A stretch of 64,000 nucleotides of DNA from Amoebidium appalachense (lineage: Eukaryota > Protista > Ichthyosporea): the NCBI GenBank assembly GCA_963693365.1, contig CAVNZM010000009.1, positions 5,400,245 to 5,464,244 of the forward strand. Direction: 5' to 3'. Shown here piece after piece: positions 26,453-39,515 of this stretch. How positions within the stretch are numbered: position 1 is the first letter of the stretch; the number at the start of each line of letters is the position of its first letter. The position numbers and the translations under genes are program-made. A model generated the notes under the pieces. It was not told the origin of the DNA. It saw only the letters and a program-made list of their open reading frames with translations, and searched no databases.

Positions 26453-27800
26453 TGCGCGGCGCGCGCGAGCGCGCGCGCGCGCGCGGCGGCCCGTTCTTAC
26501 GTGTACGCGCATGCACCTTGTCGTGCTTGTGTGCGAGCGTGAGCAAGCAGCCTGTGTGAAGCGCACACCTGCGTGTGTGCACGTGTTTGTTATGTTGTGT
26601 GTGTATTCAAGTGGTGTACGAGCCGGAGGCTATGCCTGCAGGTCTCCGCTGCCTCACACATCCGTGGAACCCTTTTCCTGTGTGCTCGTGCACAGTATGA
26701 ACCGTGCATGGATTTCCGTCCTCCGTTCCCTCCACCCCCTATGCCGCTACACTGCGTTTCTGCTCTCCCTCCCTCTGCCCACAGCACATCTGTCGAGCTC
26801 CCCGGCTGAATCCTGTGTGTCTGCTCGCTTATGCGTGCCCGAACAAACCGAACTATGTTCTCTACACGCACACCCATGAAGCGGGGCCAACCTCTGTGGG
26901 CATATCAGCCGTCCAGGCGCCTTCCGTTGTGGCCAGTGCACAGGCAGACAAAAGGCAACGGTGGCTGGGTGAGTCTGCTGACAAGCCTCGGTTCTAAGCC
27001 AACCCTCACTAATTCACCAGTAATAATGTGGCAAAAAAAAAAACTGTATCTTTAAGAAGTCAAAATGAGCGTTAAAAAGGAAAATTAATGGTAGGGAAAG
27101 GGCTCAATGCGTACATATACGCTGAAGTCTCCACGCAGGGGTGGTAGAAAGAGACCCAAGGCAGGCAGGCGTCACCGTGTTCAGCAGACTCGCAGGGATC
27201 GAACCCCACCCACGAGGTCGAGCCTGACCAACATCCAATCAGCATAAAACATTAGCTTTCCCTGCGAAAGGATCATACAGCAAGTTCACCTAACGGTTCA
27301 TTGGCACGTTTTACACCAATGATTATTGTGTTCCCGTCTGATTGTAGTGTATTATAATTGGATAAAGGTTTGGGAGACCATACCACCCGTGCTCAGTTGC
27401 TGACGGTGAGTTGGGTCAGTCTTGGGTTCCCGCGGATAGTCAGATTTGTTGCCCCATGAAGTTCAAAAAGCTCACATCCTGTTTTACATTTGGAAATTTA
27501 TGTACTGTTTCATTTTAGGAGCTTTTTTCCCCTTTCTTTTTGCGCGCTCGCAACTTCCTACGTGCAATTCAATGATTGCTTTTTATACAAGTATGTAGAT
27601 CCAACATCTGGCAGGCATGTGCATAGCCTCCTCTGATTGGTTTACATTGTTGAGCTTGCGCGGCGAAACACCCAGTTTTGCTGCTCACGCAATAACGTCG
27701 TTGATTGGCTGTACAAGGGGCCAAGCAGACCAAAGGCTGGCAGCGCTGTGAGACCGTGTCGGCGACGGTAGGGCCGGCATTGAAGGGGTAGCTAAAGGCT

Positions 27801-28283
27801 ATGGTACCTTTGTCTGCCAGCATGCTTCTGCAGTTCAAAGTTTTGTTTGCCTTATGCTCCAATAGGCCAATTGAAAATAAACATGCATGCACCCTGGATG
27901 CATGCGCAAGCAGGTTATGCCAATGATCTGCAGCCGGCTAGCCAACTGCGGGTGATCGATCATGAGGAAACTTCTCCAGCTTGCTAACGGTATACGCGTT
28001 CTGCAGCTGCCTGCATGGCTCAAATTGTGTGCGTGTAGATATTGGCGATGCTGGCCCACCAATGTACCTGCAGGTCCCCCAGCCGCTGTTGGGTTACGTC
28101 TCCCCGGTCGACGTGGTGCACGTGGCAAGCCACTGCAGCATGCATGTACATTCCAAGCTAAGGAAAGTGGTACTGACAGGCCCAGGGTTGCCCGGCAAGG
28201 ATCCAGCATGGGTCCGGCCTCAGGCAGTAGATGCATGGTGCCTCGAGCAAGCAAAGATTCGGGCTCAACTTTTCTTTGGTTAG
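27801..28283 (+). CDS. Possible two-exon ~129-aa orphan protein divergent from LARP1
   Basis: ATG 27801. Exon to 27913 (AG|gttatg), branch point GCTAAC, acceptor ctgcag at 28006, in-frame join to ...PMYLQVPQPLLGYVSPVDVVHVASH...RAQLFFG*. CCAAT boxes upstream (~27635, ~27703). No recognisable family. Confidence 0.3.
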
Positions 28284-29447
28284 AAATATTAGAGGGGCTC
28301 ATCTTTTGCACGAATCGAGCGGCCAGAAATTGCGGTGGCTTGCAATTATTATGCGAGCTACGTGGAGATGGTTTTGGGTTAACGTTGCCGGTGTGGCTTC
28401 ACACGTGCACGTGTCGACCAGCCGCCCCGCGGCCTCTGATGCACGGAGACACACGTGTACATGTATAGTGAACCCGGCCCCGCGGGGAGGAGGGGGCACT
28501 GGGCAGGGGGAAGGGACAGGGAGCAACGTTAACGTTCCTTGCAATATTTTGACGGTAAAAGTTTTTTATTTCCGAAATAGAGATGTGGCAGTGAGGAAAC
28601 ACCAGACAACTTGAGCATATGCAAAAAGAGATGGGATAACGAGACCGTCGTGTGCAATACCTGAGACACTGATGCTGTGTTTCCACAACCACAGTGACAA
28701 AGGAAGCAATGGACAGCTTTTTGTTGGTTCATTTGGCAACTACTCAGTGGGCATCGTTCAGAAGCAATAAATAGTAGAGATGGGGGGGGGGGGGGGGGGG
28801 GGGGGGAAGAAATGAACAGTGGCAACGGAAGGCACTTGGGTTACACTTGGGAAGGGGTCGGAGGACAGGGCGAGAGACAAACTGCTCACGGGCACGAACG
28901 AAAAGCACACGTTTACATCAAGATAAGAGCAGATAGCAATAGCGAATAAAGGTTGGTGTTGAATAAGATTAAACATTATGTCGGAGAACACAATGCAGAC
29001 GTGGAATGCATCACATGCTGGTCCCAGGGAAGCGACGGGGGTGGGGAGGGGGGGGAGGGGTCGAGCACGGCAACTATCACCTAGGGGGCTACAGCTATCA
29101 TGCACATTAATTGGTGTTGACAAGGAGAGGGCCATCAGTCCGTGCACCACCAGCCCTGGATCGGCCCAAGCCTGGGACGGGTTAAGCAGCAGCAGGCCTG
29201 CCCGGTGGGCAGTGCAAGTGTGCCCCGTACTGCAGCTGGGTAAGTCCCTCAGAGAGGAACTGCCCTGGGCCTGCATAGCAGGCCCACTGCTGGCGCAAAG
29301 ACACCATCCACTGCCATATATGGCAAGTGGCGAGGCCCTGTCCCACAAGTGGGCATCGGCATGGTGTACATCGCATTTTTCGTGCAACCCCGCCACCCGC
29401 CCACAGGGCTGCGGTAGCCAGGGTGCCGTTTATTGAAGCGGGAAGGC

Positions 29448-31331
29448 TTAGACGCCGATGCGCTGGGCAGCCTCCTTGGCCTTCATGCGCTCGAGCTTGT
29501 CGCGGGCGGCAAGAGACTTCTGGCCCAGGATGTGGCCACCCCAGTGCTTGCGGTCCTCCTCCCACTTCTCGGTGAAGTTGGCGTTGACGGCCTCGGTCAG
29601 CTTGTTGAAGGCAGCCAGGTCGGCCTGCTTGATGTCCGTGAAGGCAATGGCCGAAGCTTTCTTGAGGTGCAAGAGCGCACCAAGGCGGGCCTTGCCCTTG
29701 ACGATGCAGTAGGGCACGCCCATCTTGCGGCAGAGGGCCGGCAGCCAGACGACGATCTCAATGGGGTCGACGTCGTGGGCAATGACCACGAGCTTGGCCT
29801 TCTTCTTCTCGATCAGGGCCGTGACGTGGTTGATACCGTACTTGAGCACCTGGGGCTTCTTCTGCTCGGGGGCGGGCTTGCCCTCGGCCTTGGCCTGGGC
29901 AATGGCCGTCAGGCGCTCCTTCTTCTGCGCCTTGGTCTCGGGTCGGTAGTTGGCGGCAAGCTTGAGCAGCTCGGCAGCTGTGGAAGGAGGGAGAAGTAAG
30001 CAACAGCACGTCGGTTCACAAAGGAAGTCTACGACTGTGATGAATACACTGCACAGCATATTTTACTACTTGCAAAAAAAAAAACACCTCTGTAAACACA
30101 AAACGTCTGGCCCAACAGTTGCAAATCCCCGTGTGTGGTGGGGTGTAAACGATGGCAAGCATGCATAAAAGACGATGCACACGATGTAGTGAACTGACGT
30201 GAACCGTTACAAACTTTAGTGCACTTGAAACTGTTGATCACCTTGTGTGTATGGATGCGTTGGTACAGAAGTTTTAGGCCCGTGGGGTCTTTTTAGGCTG
30301 TGCCGTACATCCCAGCTCAATCATAGTGGCATGCAAGGACTGACGAGCTATGAGAACAAACCCGTTGCTCAATATGCATGCAAAAAAAAAAAAAAAACCA
30401 AACTATGTACAAAGGCCCGAGTGGACACCATAAGCGACGCTTTACAGACCAGGTGCTGGGATGTTTTGTGTGCAAGAAGCTCTAAATTTAGCACCGTGAG
30501 AAACGGTATGGACGTCGGGGGTGAACGGGTCGACAACTTCTCAAACATTCCCCGGATCAAAGTGAGGAGGACAACTGTTCACTGTGGCTGGGACCGTACT
30601 AAGAAGTCTAATGGCGGTGCCTGCACTGGCGTATAGCTGTGCAACGACAAAAATATGCTTGTGAAAGCTTTCCAGGGTATCTGTATGTGACCTATACGCT
30701 CAAGATGGTGTGGCCAACGAACTTAGAACTACTATTTTCGCAAGCCAATACAACTGCAGCGAGGCATGCACGTACCGGTGTGCTTGTCCAGGGTCTTGGT
30801 GAACTGGTTCAGCGAGGGGGGGACCTTCAGGCGCTGCAGCAGGACGGACTTCTGGCGCTGCAGACGGATGTACTTGGGCCAGCGCACATAGCGGCTGAGG
30901 TCGCGAGTGGGCTGGATGTCGCCACCAATACCGAAGTTGCGAGAGCGCTTCTCGAACAGCGGGTTGGCGGGGGCCTTGGTGGCCTTCTTGGCAGGGGCCG
31001 CAGCCACCTTGCCCCTCTTGGTAACAGCCTTGGGAGCCTGCGCAAAGAAAACGGGCCTATGAGAACTTTGTCACTGCCACTACTGCCGATCGCATCGTAC
31101 CCGTCCTAGCAGTCCCAGCCTTAGACCATCGGCCGAGTACAAGTATGCTACGAGGTCACATAATACTACAGTTAGACTAACCCATAAAACCCTCTATCAT
31201 CCTCCATACACATAACGATGGCTGGGTGTGAGGCTACAGCCGCGGATAGCTAAGGATTGGCCTCGGATGCTTGGATGTTGGCTAGATGGAGTAGAGGGAA
31301 CAAAAATATAGTTCTGAAGGAAACGTACCAT
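29448..31331 (-). CDS. RPL7A: 60S ribosomal protein L7a (eL8)
   Basis: Exons 31331-31329 (ATG|gtacgt), 31037-30776 ([10 protein letters not shown]...[60 protein letters not shown]) and 29977-29448 ([13 protein letters not shown]...[55 protein letters not shown]...WGGHILG). Confidence 0.98.
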
Positions 31332-31353
31332 CTCGTCAGCTCACAGCACAAGT

Positions 31354-31440
31354 GGAAAGAGAACAGCACACGAGCTCATAGCAGTTTATATATGTGTCAG
31401 GATGCGATTGAAATGTGCTTTGCGTAAATGGTAGCCAATA
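31354..31440 (-). promoter_or_regulatory. RPL7A core promoter: TATA box + TCT initiator / 5'TOP start
   Basis: Minus-strand TATATAAA at 31392-31385. CTCTTTCC at 31361-31354 matches YYC+1TTTYY about 31 nt downstream. CCAAT near 31435. Confidence 0.75.
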
Positions 31441-31507
31441 ACGTGGAATTCTCAAATCTCAATCTAAAATTCCAGGGGGTCTAAACAAATTGAATTTCCG
31501 AAAGCAC

Positions 31508-31539
<32 letters not shown>

Positions 31540-32094
31540 CCAACTCTGGAAACGGCATAAACCAGTTTGTTATTTACATGTACAGTACTAGTAGTCAAAC
31601 CATGGTCATTGATGCTACTGTAGGTCTGGCGCTTAGGTGAAGACTTCCAAACTGTTCTTTTATCTCTTTGTATGCACATATTCTCTTACTCTATTAAAAT
31701 ATCAGCCCTTCGCCGCTTCCTCCTCCCCCGGCCCCCCCTATCCTTCAGCACTCAATCGTTGCATGAGCTGGTACAAACGTAGGCTAACAGGCTAGCTAGC
31801 CTAGCCCATGCATCATGTTGGTGCCAGTGCATGCATGCGCAAAGTTCGCAATTGTGGCCGAGTACTAGACTAGTTGCCAAACTTCGCTCTGATGGGTCTG
31901 TACTGTATGGTGTACATGTTGGTACCCGTTCAGACCCTTTCATTTGATATATTTCTTATTGATGGGATCCCGAGGGAGCTAGAGAAAGGCCCGAGAGAGG
32001 TACTTACGAAAATTACATGTGGTTAACGTTAACGTTAGCTATAGAAAGCGAAATTTCGAATTTGAGGGAATTAAGGGGAGCCTCGGGCCCAGGG

Positions 32095-32157
<63 letters not shown>

Positions 32158-32255
32158 GGACACCTAGTACGGGAGCATTTCGAGAAAGATGCGTCAGAAA
32201 ATTATGAGGTTAGCTACATACCTATAAAGCTTTAAGCGAAAAGGGAATTAATTAA

Positions 32256-32505
32256 ATGGGGAGCCCAACCACATCGGCAGAGTCAACTTGCAAAAAGCAG
32301 AATTATTCTGCAAACGCGGAACGGTTATTCTGCAAAAAGCGGAATTATTCTGCAAAAAGCAGAATCGCTCTGCTTTTAGCAGAAACGGAGTTATTCTGCA
32401 AAAAGCGGAATTATTCGGAATTATTCTGCTTTTTGCAGAATAATTCCGCTTCATGCAGAATAATTCTGCTCGGAGCAAGTTGACTCACCCGATGTGGTTG
32501 GGACC
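32256..32505. mobile_element. TTAA-flanked MITE with an internal array of palindromic ~20-bp units
   Basis: TIR CCCAACCACATCGG-nn-GAGTCAACTTGC at 32264 and its inverse ending at 32502. TTAA at 32252-32255 and 32506-32509. Internal GCAGAATTATTCTGCAAAAA units switch orientation mid-element. Confidence 0.7.
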
Positions 32506-32643
32506 TTAAAGGGGAGCCTCGGGCCCTCGGGGGGAGGGGGGGGGGGGGGGGGGAGGGAGGAGCGCGGGGGGGGGGGGGGGGGGGGGGGGACTAAGCTAGT
32601 GGGAGCCTCTCACGACGGTATCTATTTATCATAAGGTAGTAGC

Positions 32644-32677
<34 letters not shown>

Positions 32678-33012
32678 CCCCCCCCCCCCCCCCCCCCCCC
32701 CCCCAGGAGGCCTCCGTCCCTCTTCCCCCCGGCCCCCACCTTGACACCCCCCCCTGCCCCCACCCCTACCCCCACCCCCCCACCCACCCACCCATCCCGC
32801 CACACACACACACACACACACAGTACACACTCTTTTAAGTGAATAGCTTAGGCGGACTCAAATGCAATTCGTGCATATGATTATATATGATGCCTTGTTT
32901 GTGTTTCCGAATTCTTTACCTTACGTATACCGTGACACCGTTAATTAAGCAGGATTAATAATATTCCATACATTACCTCGGGTCAAACCACCGACTATGT
33001 AGAATGGTATTC

Positions 33013-33043
<31 letters not shown>

Positions 33044-33150
33044 AGAAGAAGAAGAAGAAGAAGAAGAAACCGATGTACTACTATGATATCCACAAATGAT
33101 CCGTCATGATGTTGTACGTTATATCTCCACATATAATTGGTATGATGTAA

Positions 33151-33701
33151 TTAGTGTTCTACATGCGTATCTTCTTGGGTTGAAGTACTGTTGGGGTTTA
33201 GTACTGTTGACCTTGGCGCCGACATGGCGCCATCACAGCTCCACTTCATGTCGCTATTAAACAACACATCCACCCCCCCCCCCCCCCCCCTCAACCCATG
33301 ATATTCAATCACGTGGCGATATGAACATTGTCTACAGATACCGTCCGCGAATAAAAGCCCCCCCGCCAATAAGATTTCGCCCCCGGCAAAATCGGTTTTT
33401 TTTTTATTCTGCCCCCCGGCAAGTTTTCGGGGTTATCTTATTGGCGGGCGGATGAATAAATCATGCTGGATGCTCCCCCACCATTAAGATTCTGACCCCA
33501 ACCTTCCAAAAAATTTAACGGCCGTTAAGATTTCGCCCCCCGGGCCACATTTTGGGGGGTTCTTATTCGCGGACGGTATCTGTAGCTACAGTGGCTGTGG
33601 CCTGTCGCAACATCATTTATATGCCATGTCAAATGTCGGAGAAGCTGCAAGGGAGTCGGCGCTGTAGCACTCAAAGTGTGGTCAGACTCTAAAACACCCA
33701 T

Positions 33702-33733
<32 letters not shown>

Positions 33734-34841
33734 TTTTGCCGCAGCTCCCTGCTGTACCGGTGATCGAAGTATATGTAGCCGGCAGCAGCCGGCACTTCGA
33801 TTGGTAGTATGTGTGTGTGTGTCTTTGGAAGGGGGGGGGGGGGGGGGAAGGGGGGGGGGGGGGATGGAGGAGTGGCTTTGGGGGCTAAATGTATGTAGAG
33901 GAATGCATGTGTGATCATGCACATGGTATATGCACGTGCCAGTCTGCGGCAAGGTGGGGATGTGTGTGTGAGCTCACTATATTCTATAAGACATGCACAA
34001 CCGTGAATGAAATTGAACGAACCATGCCACTCCTATCCCAATCCCTTCTCCGGCCACGACCACCACTGCTTATTCTTCCTTCCCCCTTATCCCTTTCCAC
34101 TTCCATTTCAGGGCCTTTCCAAACATCAACAGCAAAGGGGAAAAAGAAAGAACAAACTGTTCCCCCCCTCTTCCCCCCCTCAACCCCCAACACACACCCC
34201 CCTCCGCTGATCAAGTACACACACACATGCCTCCCTCCTTTCGTTGATAAACTGCTGCCTTCATGTCCTTACACGTTCCTGCCCACCATCATTTTCCCCC
34301 CCCCCCCCCCCCTCTCTCCCCTCCCCCTCCAACACACACACACCATTCCTCTATCTCCCCCCCCCCCCCCCCCCATCTATCTACCTATTTGACTATTTAT
34401 CTCCACTCCTTAACCCCCATCTCTCTCTGCCCCTCCCCCCCCCCCCCCCCCCCCCCCCCCCCCACACACATACACATAAAGAGCATCCAACCACTACCAC
34501 CAGAACCACCGATCCACCATTAAGAATACGTAATGTACCAGCCATTACCTTAACACCTCCAACCAGAATATACCCAACCCCCCCTAGGCATACATGTTGA
34601 GCACACAAAAAGTACGAACAAAGAGGAACATGTTTTGCACATTTCGCTTTATTAGTACTTTTTTTGTGCTCGTGTATGCACACGAAAAAACTCAGGCAAA
34701 TAAAAGAAGGTGCATCTCACGCAGCACCTACATGTACACACAGGCTATGGTGTACCAATAGCCACACAACCACACATGCACCTGTTTGTCAGTACCCCCT
34801 CCCTCCCCCCTCCCCCCCCCCCCCTTTACTCCCCCCCCCCC

Positions 34842-34875
<34 letters not shown>

Positions 34876-35656
34876 ACACACACGCACAAAAGAAAGAGAA
34901 TCTTAAAGAAGGGCACAAAGAAAAAGAAGAAAAAAGGCAAAAACAAATCCACACACAGCACCATTTCAGCACCTACTCACCCACTCTGGCAAACACCACA
35001 TTTAGCTCACACGCAACATTTGCAACCAAACATACCGCTGATGCTTTGATGGAGGCCACACGCAAGTATTCCTTCTGTGTATCTGTTGCCGCAATGATCT
35101 GCTGGCATGTGGGAAGATTGTCCAGCAGCAGGGGGTCGGCCGGGACGAAGAGCTCAGTCATGTTTGCTTCACGGGTAGCCAGGTTCACGATCTTGAGCCT
35201 CTCTTGCACCACGTCTCGCTGCACCTCTGCCCCCTCTCAGTCTCCCAACACACACTACTGGCTAACCAGACACACCCCAATACCCATACGGATTTCATGG
35301 TCCTTCGTACCAAAGCAGCATTCATCAAGTTATAATATCCCTCGGGCTATTCGCAGCCACATAAGGGCAGTTCTATGCAGTAGGGTGTGGGTGTGTGCAT
35401 GTGGGTGCAAGGGTCTGCACGTGTGTGTGTGTGCATGTGGGTGCAAGGGTCTGCACGTGTGTGTATGTGCATGTGGGTGGCACTGTCACAGGGCATACAC
35501 ACCAGAGACTCCATGCGGCTGCGAATGCCTCGCAGGGCCATCCACAAACAGAGCCTGGCCACCGCTGCTTGGTAGATCTGACGATGCTTATCCTCCGACT
35601 TGCACCATGCAGTCAGCTGCTGGTCCCTTGCTCCCAAAACCCCAGTAATATAGGAG

Positions 35657-35688
<32 letters not shown>

Positions 35689-36843
35689 CCCCCGCCCACC
35701 CGCCTGCCGCCGGCGCCGCGCATGTTCACATAACTTTATGTTCTGGTTGGTGTCTCTCTTCTTCGTTCGTAGAAGATTTGTCCTTTAATGCTGCCAGCCA
35801 TGACACCCGCTTGCTACAACCCACATTCTTTTCATGCCTCCTATCCCCCTCCTCCCCCCTCCCCCCCCCTCCCCCCCCCCCCCCCCCCCCCCCCCCCCCT
35901 TTCCCCTCCGGGGGAGGCCATCCAGACGCAACCAAAGTGCACATGCAGGTGTCCACTGCAACCAGCCACCGATCTGCCCAACCCCTTCTTGCACAGGACA
36001 CCACCCCCCCCTCTCTCACACCATCCATGCAACCACCCACGTACCACGTGTTATCAACACTCGCCGGCAGATGTGCATCCAGGACCTCCACCACCAGCCA
36101 GTCGTGCTGTTGCAGACAGTCTTGGCCCATCTTGACTACAGCAGCAACATCGTAGTCTGCAGGGCGCCCACGGGCAGGGTTGGGGCCCTGGTAGAGCAGG
36201 TGACTGGCAGCATCAACAAAGAACTTCTTGAGGTCTTGCAACTCCTGGTCTGAACAGTTGGACCATGGATGTATGAGGCGGTAGTCTTGGACCTGTGGGG
36301 GAACAAAGGGTAAGGTGGTGCCACATGTGCAAAAGCATATAGCATGCTTGAGAGGATCATCGTGCAGGTGCAAACTGAATCGTCAAAAGGGGGAGAGAGA
36401 ATGGAATCTCTATTAATGTGGTGTGGGTGCCACGTGTTAGATATGTGGGTGGGTGGGTGGCAGGTCCTGTGTTTGCGTTTGGTCGAACCGTGTGTGTGTG
36501 TGCGCGCGCGCGTCTCGTGTATGGGGGCTGGGGAGGGGGGAGGGGGTGGGGGAGGGGGTGGGGGGGCAATTCTTTGGTGAGAGGGTGGATTGTGCACGCA
36601 CTGTAAGAGCTCAGAAAACTAAACTCCCCCGTTTTGTGCTCAAAAGGCCATCGAAGCAGTGAAGACTAAGCGATTATGTTTAGATTTGACTCACCCACAT
36701 AGCAAATTCGTACCAGCAGCATGTGCATGTGTGTTAGCCCATGTGGAGGGAGAAGCACGGGAGAGGACGGAGCATAAGATGTTTGCGAAAGAAAAGAGTG
36801 TTTGTGAGCGCGCCAGTTGGGGTGGGCGGGCGGGCGGGCGGGG

Positions 36844-36875
<32 letters not shown>

Positions 36876-39469
36876 GTCGAGGGGGATTGGGAGGGGGGGA
36901 GGAGGGAAGGGGGGGGGGGGAGGGGGAGACCAGAGCGGCATGAGCCTCGCTCATGACATAGAGGGCATCCTCGATCTCGTTGCTGTCATCAGCCTGCACC
37001 CAGCACACGTGTCGATACACCAGTCATGGGCCCACACAGGTACACAAAGACCATTATACATCTCACCCCCCCAACACATACACACACACACACAGGTGTA
37101 CACGTGCTACCAGCCGAACCCTCTTGTCTGGCCACCATCAGCTCCTTCCCTGCCTCCCTAACCCCCCTCCCCTCCACAAACAACCACAAACGTGCAAATC
37201 CCCGTTTAGATTCACACAAAAACACACGTGCAAGCATGCATGACCACATGAGAACACATGCATGTGCATAGCCAACAGCCGTGCGCACACATGCACAAGC
37301 ACACCCACACACAACTTGAGGGTAGCTGCCAAAACGTACCGTCTCCTCCTCTTCCTCAGGTGCCGCTGAGTCACTTGTGGCACCGTCCTTGCTGGAGCCC
37401 TGCAGAACCATGTGAATGTCAGTCGTTGCTTCCCTGTGATACGCGCAGGAAGGGTGCCACCCTTGTGTCCATAACGTTGTTGGTGCTAATGCCTTGTATC
37501 TAGGTCATCTACGCTAGGGTGTTGATACCTCTTGATACCCCTCCCCCCCTCTCCCCCTCCTCCCCGCCCCTTTCACAACCATGTATTCTAGAAACTTATC
37601 CCCCCTTGATCCCCTCCCCCCTCACCCCCTCCCTTCCCCCCCCCCCCCCCAACCTGGGCGCCAGCTTCCTCGTGTCTACAAACAGGCAAGTACTCCCCGC
37701 AAGGTATCCACCTTACTAATACCCTAAAACTCCCTGAATGTCATTTGTCCTTCCCATCCCCCCCCCCCCCCCCCCCCCCCCCCCCACCCACCCACCACCA
37801 CCACCAACACCCACCCCACCACCCCCACCCTTTCTCACCCTCCCCCCTTCCCCCCCCCCTCTCTCTGTCTTCCCTTTACCCCTCCCCCCCCCTTAACTCC
37901 CGTAACCCCCAACCAAAACAAGAAAAAAAACCAAACACACACACAAAAAGAAAGAAATCCCCAAGCACAAACTCACACATTTACACTCAAGAGAACATAT
38001 ATAGGTCAACAGGGTCAACCCACCATCTGCCCACACGAGCAGTCACACCAAACCGGCCCACGCCCACCACACAGCCCGATGCCCACCCACGTCTTCCACC
38101 CTCACCTAGAGCTAGAGCCACCCTTGGAATCTACTCCCATCCATGCGGCCACCCACTATCACCCACCTCCATATCCTTACGGCCATTTATAGCTGCCCTT
38201 ATCCCCACAGCCACTCACGACCATAATCCCACCCACCACCACCCCAAACCAAGTGCAACCATTGCCAGAAAACATACCTGCTCAACTGCCGGCCCCTTGC
38301 CCTTGTCCTCGCGTTGCTGGTCGGCTGGTGCTGCACTTGTTGCATCTTTGCTGTCGCTCACAGACTGCTCGCTTGTGTTTGGGTCGGGGGTCACGGCACC
38401 GGCCTGGCTGGCGGTGGCAGTGGGGTCAGTGTTTGCAGTGGTAGCAGCAGCCCTGTGAGGGGGAGTCTAGTGCCTCCATCATCGTATAATCAAACTACAA
38501 CATGGAAGTGTGGTCTGAAATAGGGAAAGCAGCCCTCCCCCCCTCCCCTCCCCCCCCCCTCCCCCTTGATTGCCCACCAACTCATTGAAAATCTTCTTTC
38601 GCACCACCCATAAAGACACAGAAATCCTCCGGAGGAACCCATTACTACAGAATGAACTTACGAATATCCAGCTTTACGAGAAAACAAGCAGCATTTTTTC
38701 TTCTTTTCTTTGGAGAGGGGGGACAAGGGGGGAGGGGGGGGGGGAGGGGGGAGGATGGAGGGGGGGGGGGGGGAAGAGGGGGGAGGATGGAGGGGGGGGG
38801 GGGGGGGGGGGAGGGGAGGGGGGCGGCGGCATCGAACGCCAAAGAGAAAGAAAAGCAAAATGAAGGCTGAGACGAAGACACAAGAGCAGGGAAGGCAAAA
38901 GGGGGAGTTATGGAAATCCAAAAAAATCACACCAAGAAATGGCCGCAGGACATGTTTTTTTTTTTGGTTTTTTTTTTTGGGGGGGGGGGAGGGGGGGGGG
39001 GGGGAGAGGGGGGGGGGGGGGGGGGGGGGCAACACAACCACCTAGAGAGAATGTTCTAAAACACCTACCCAAAATCGTGGGGAAACGGACAGACAGGGGG
39101 AGGGGGGGAACCCTTCGAGCCACATATATGCAAGGGAGATGGTCATGATAAGGTTCATGCAGCAGTAGCTAACCATCCGCGGAAACCGATTGGCCAAGGG
39201 AGTGAGGGCAGGTGTTGGTGGGGTCTCCTGCAGACTGCCATTTAGATGCCCTAGTGCACACAAGAAACGAGCATTATAGTGGGAACAAGCAGAAAATGAG
39301 TTAAAAGGTGGGGCACGAAAGCTCCTAAGACACGTATAAACCTGCACACACAAATTATTGATGAAGAATCTGAGGAGGGGCCCAGGAGGGAGGAATTCTT
39401 GCATAATTTTCAGAGCGAAGTGGCAGGTTTGTGTGTATCTGTGTGTGTGTGTGCTCCCCGCCCTTCTCC

Positions 39470-39515
<46 letters not shown>

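Noticed and set aside
29433-29999. 188-aa + strand ORF
   Set aside because: Antisense shadow of the GC3-biased RPL7A exon.
30030-30360. Possible snoRNAs in RPL7A intron 2 (TGATGA ~30038, CTGA ~30195, hairpin ~30253-30312); vertebrate RPL7A introns host snoRNAs
   Set aside because: The boxes and G-U-favoured pairing are on the + strand, antisense to the host. I found no C/D pair or H box on the sense strand. An Infernal scan would be needed to be sure.
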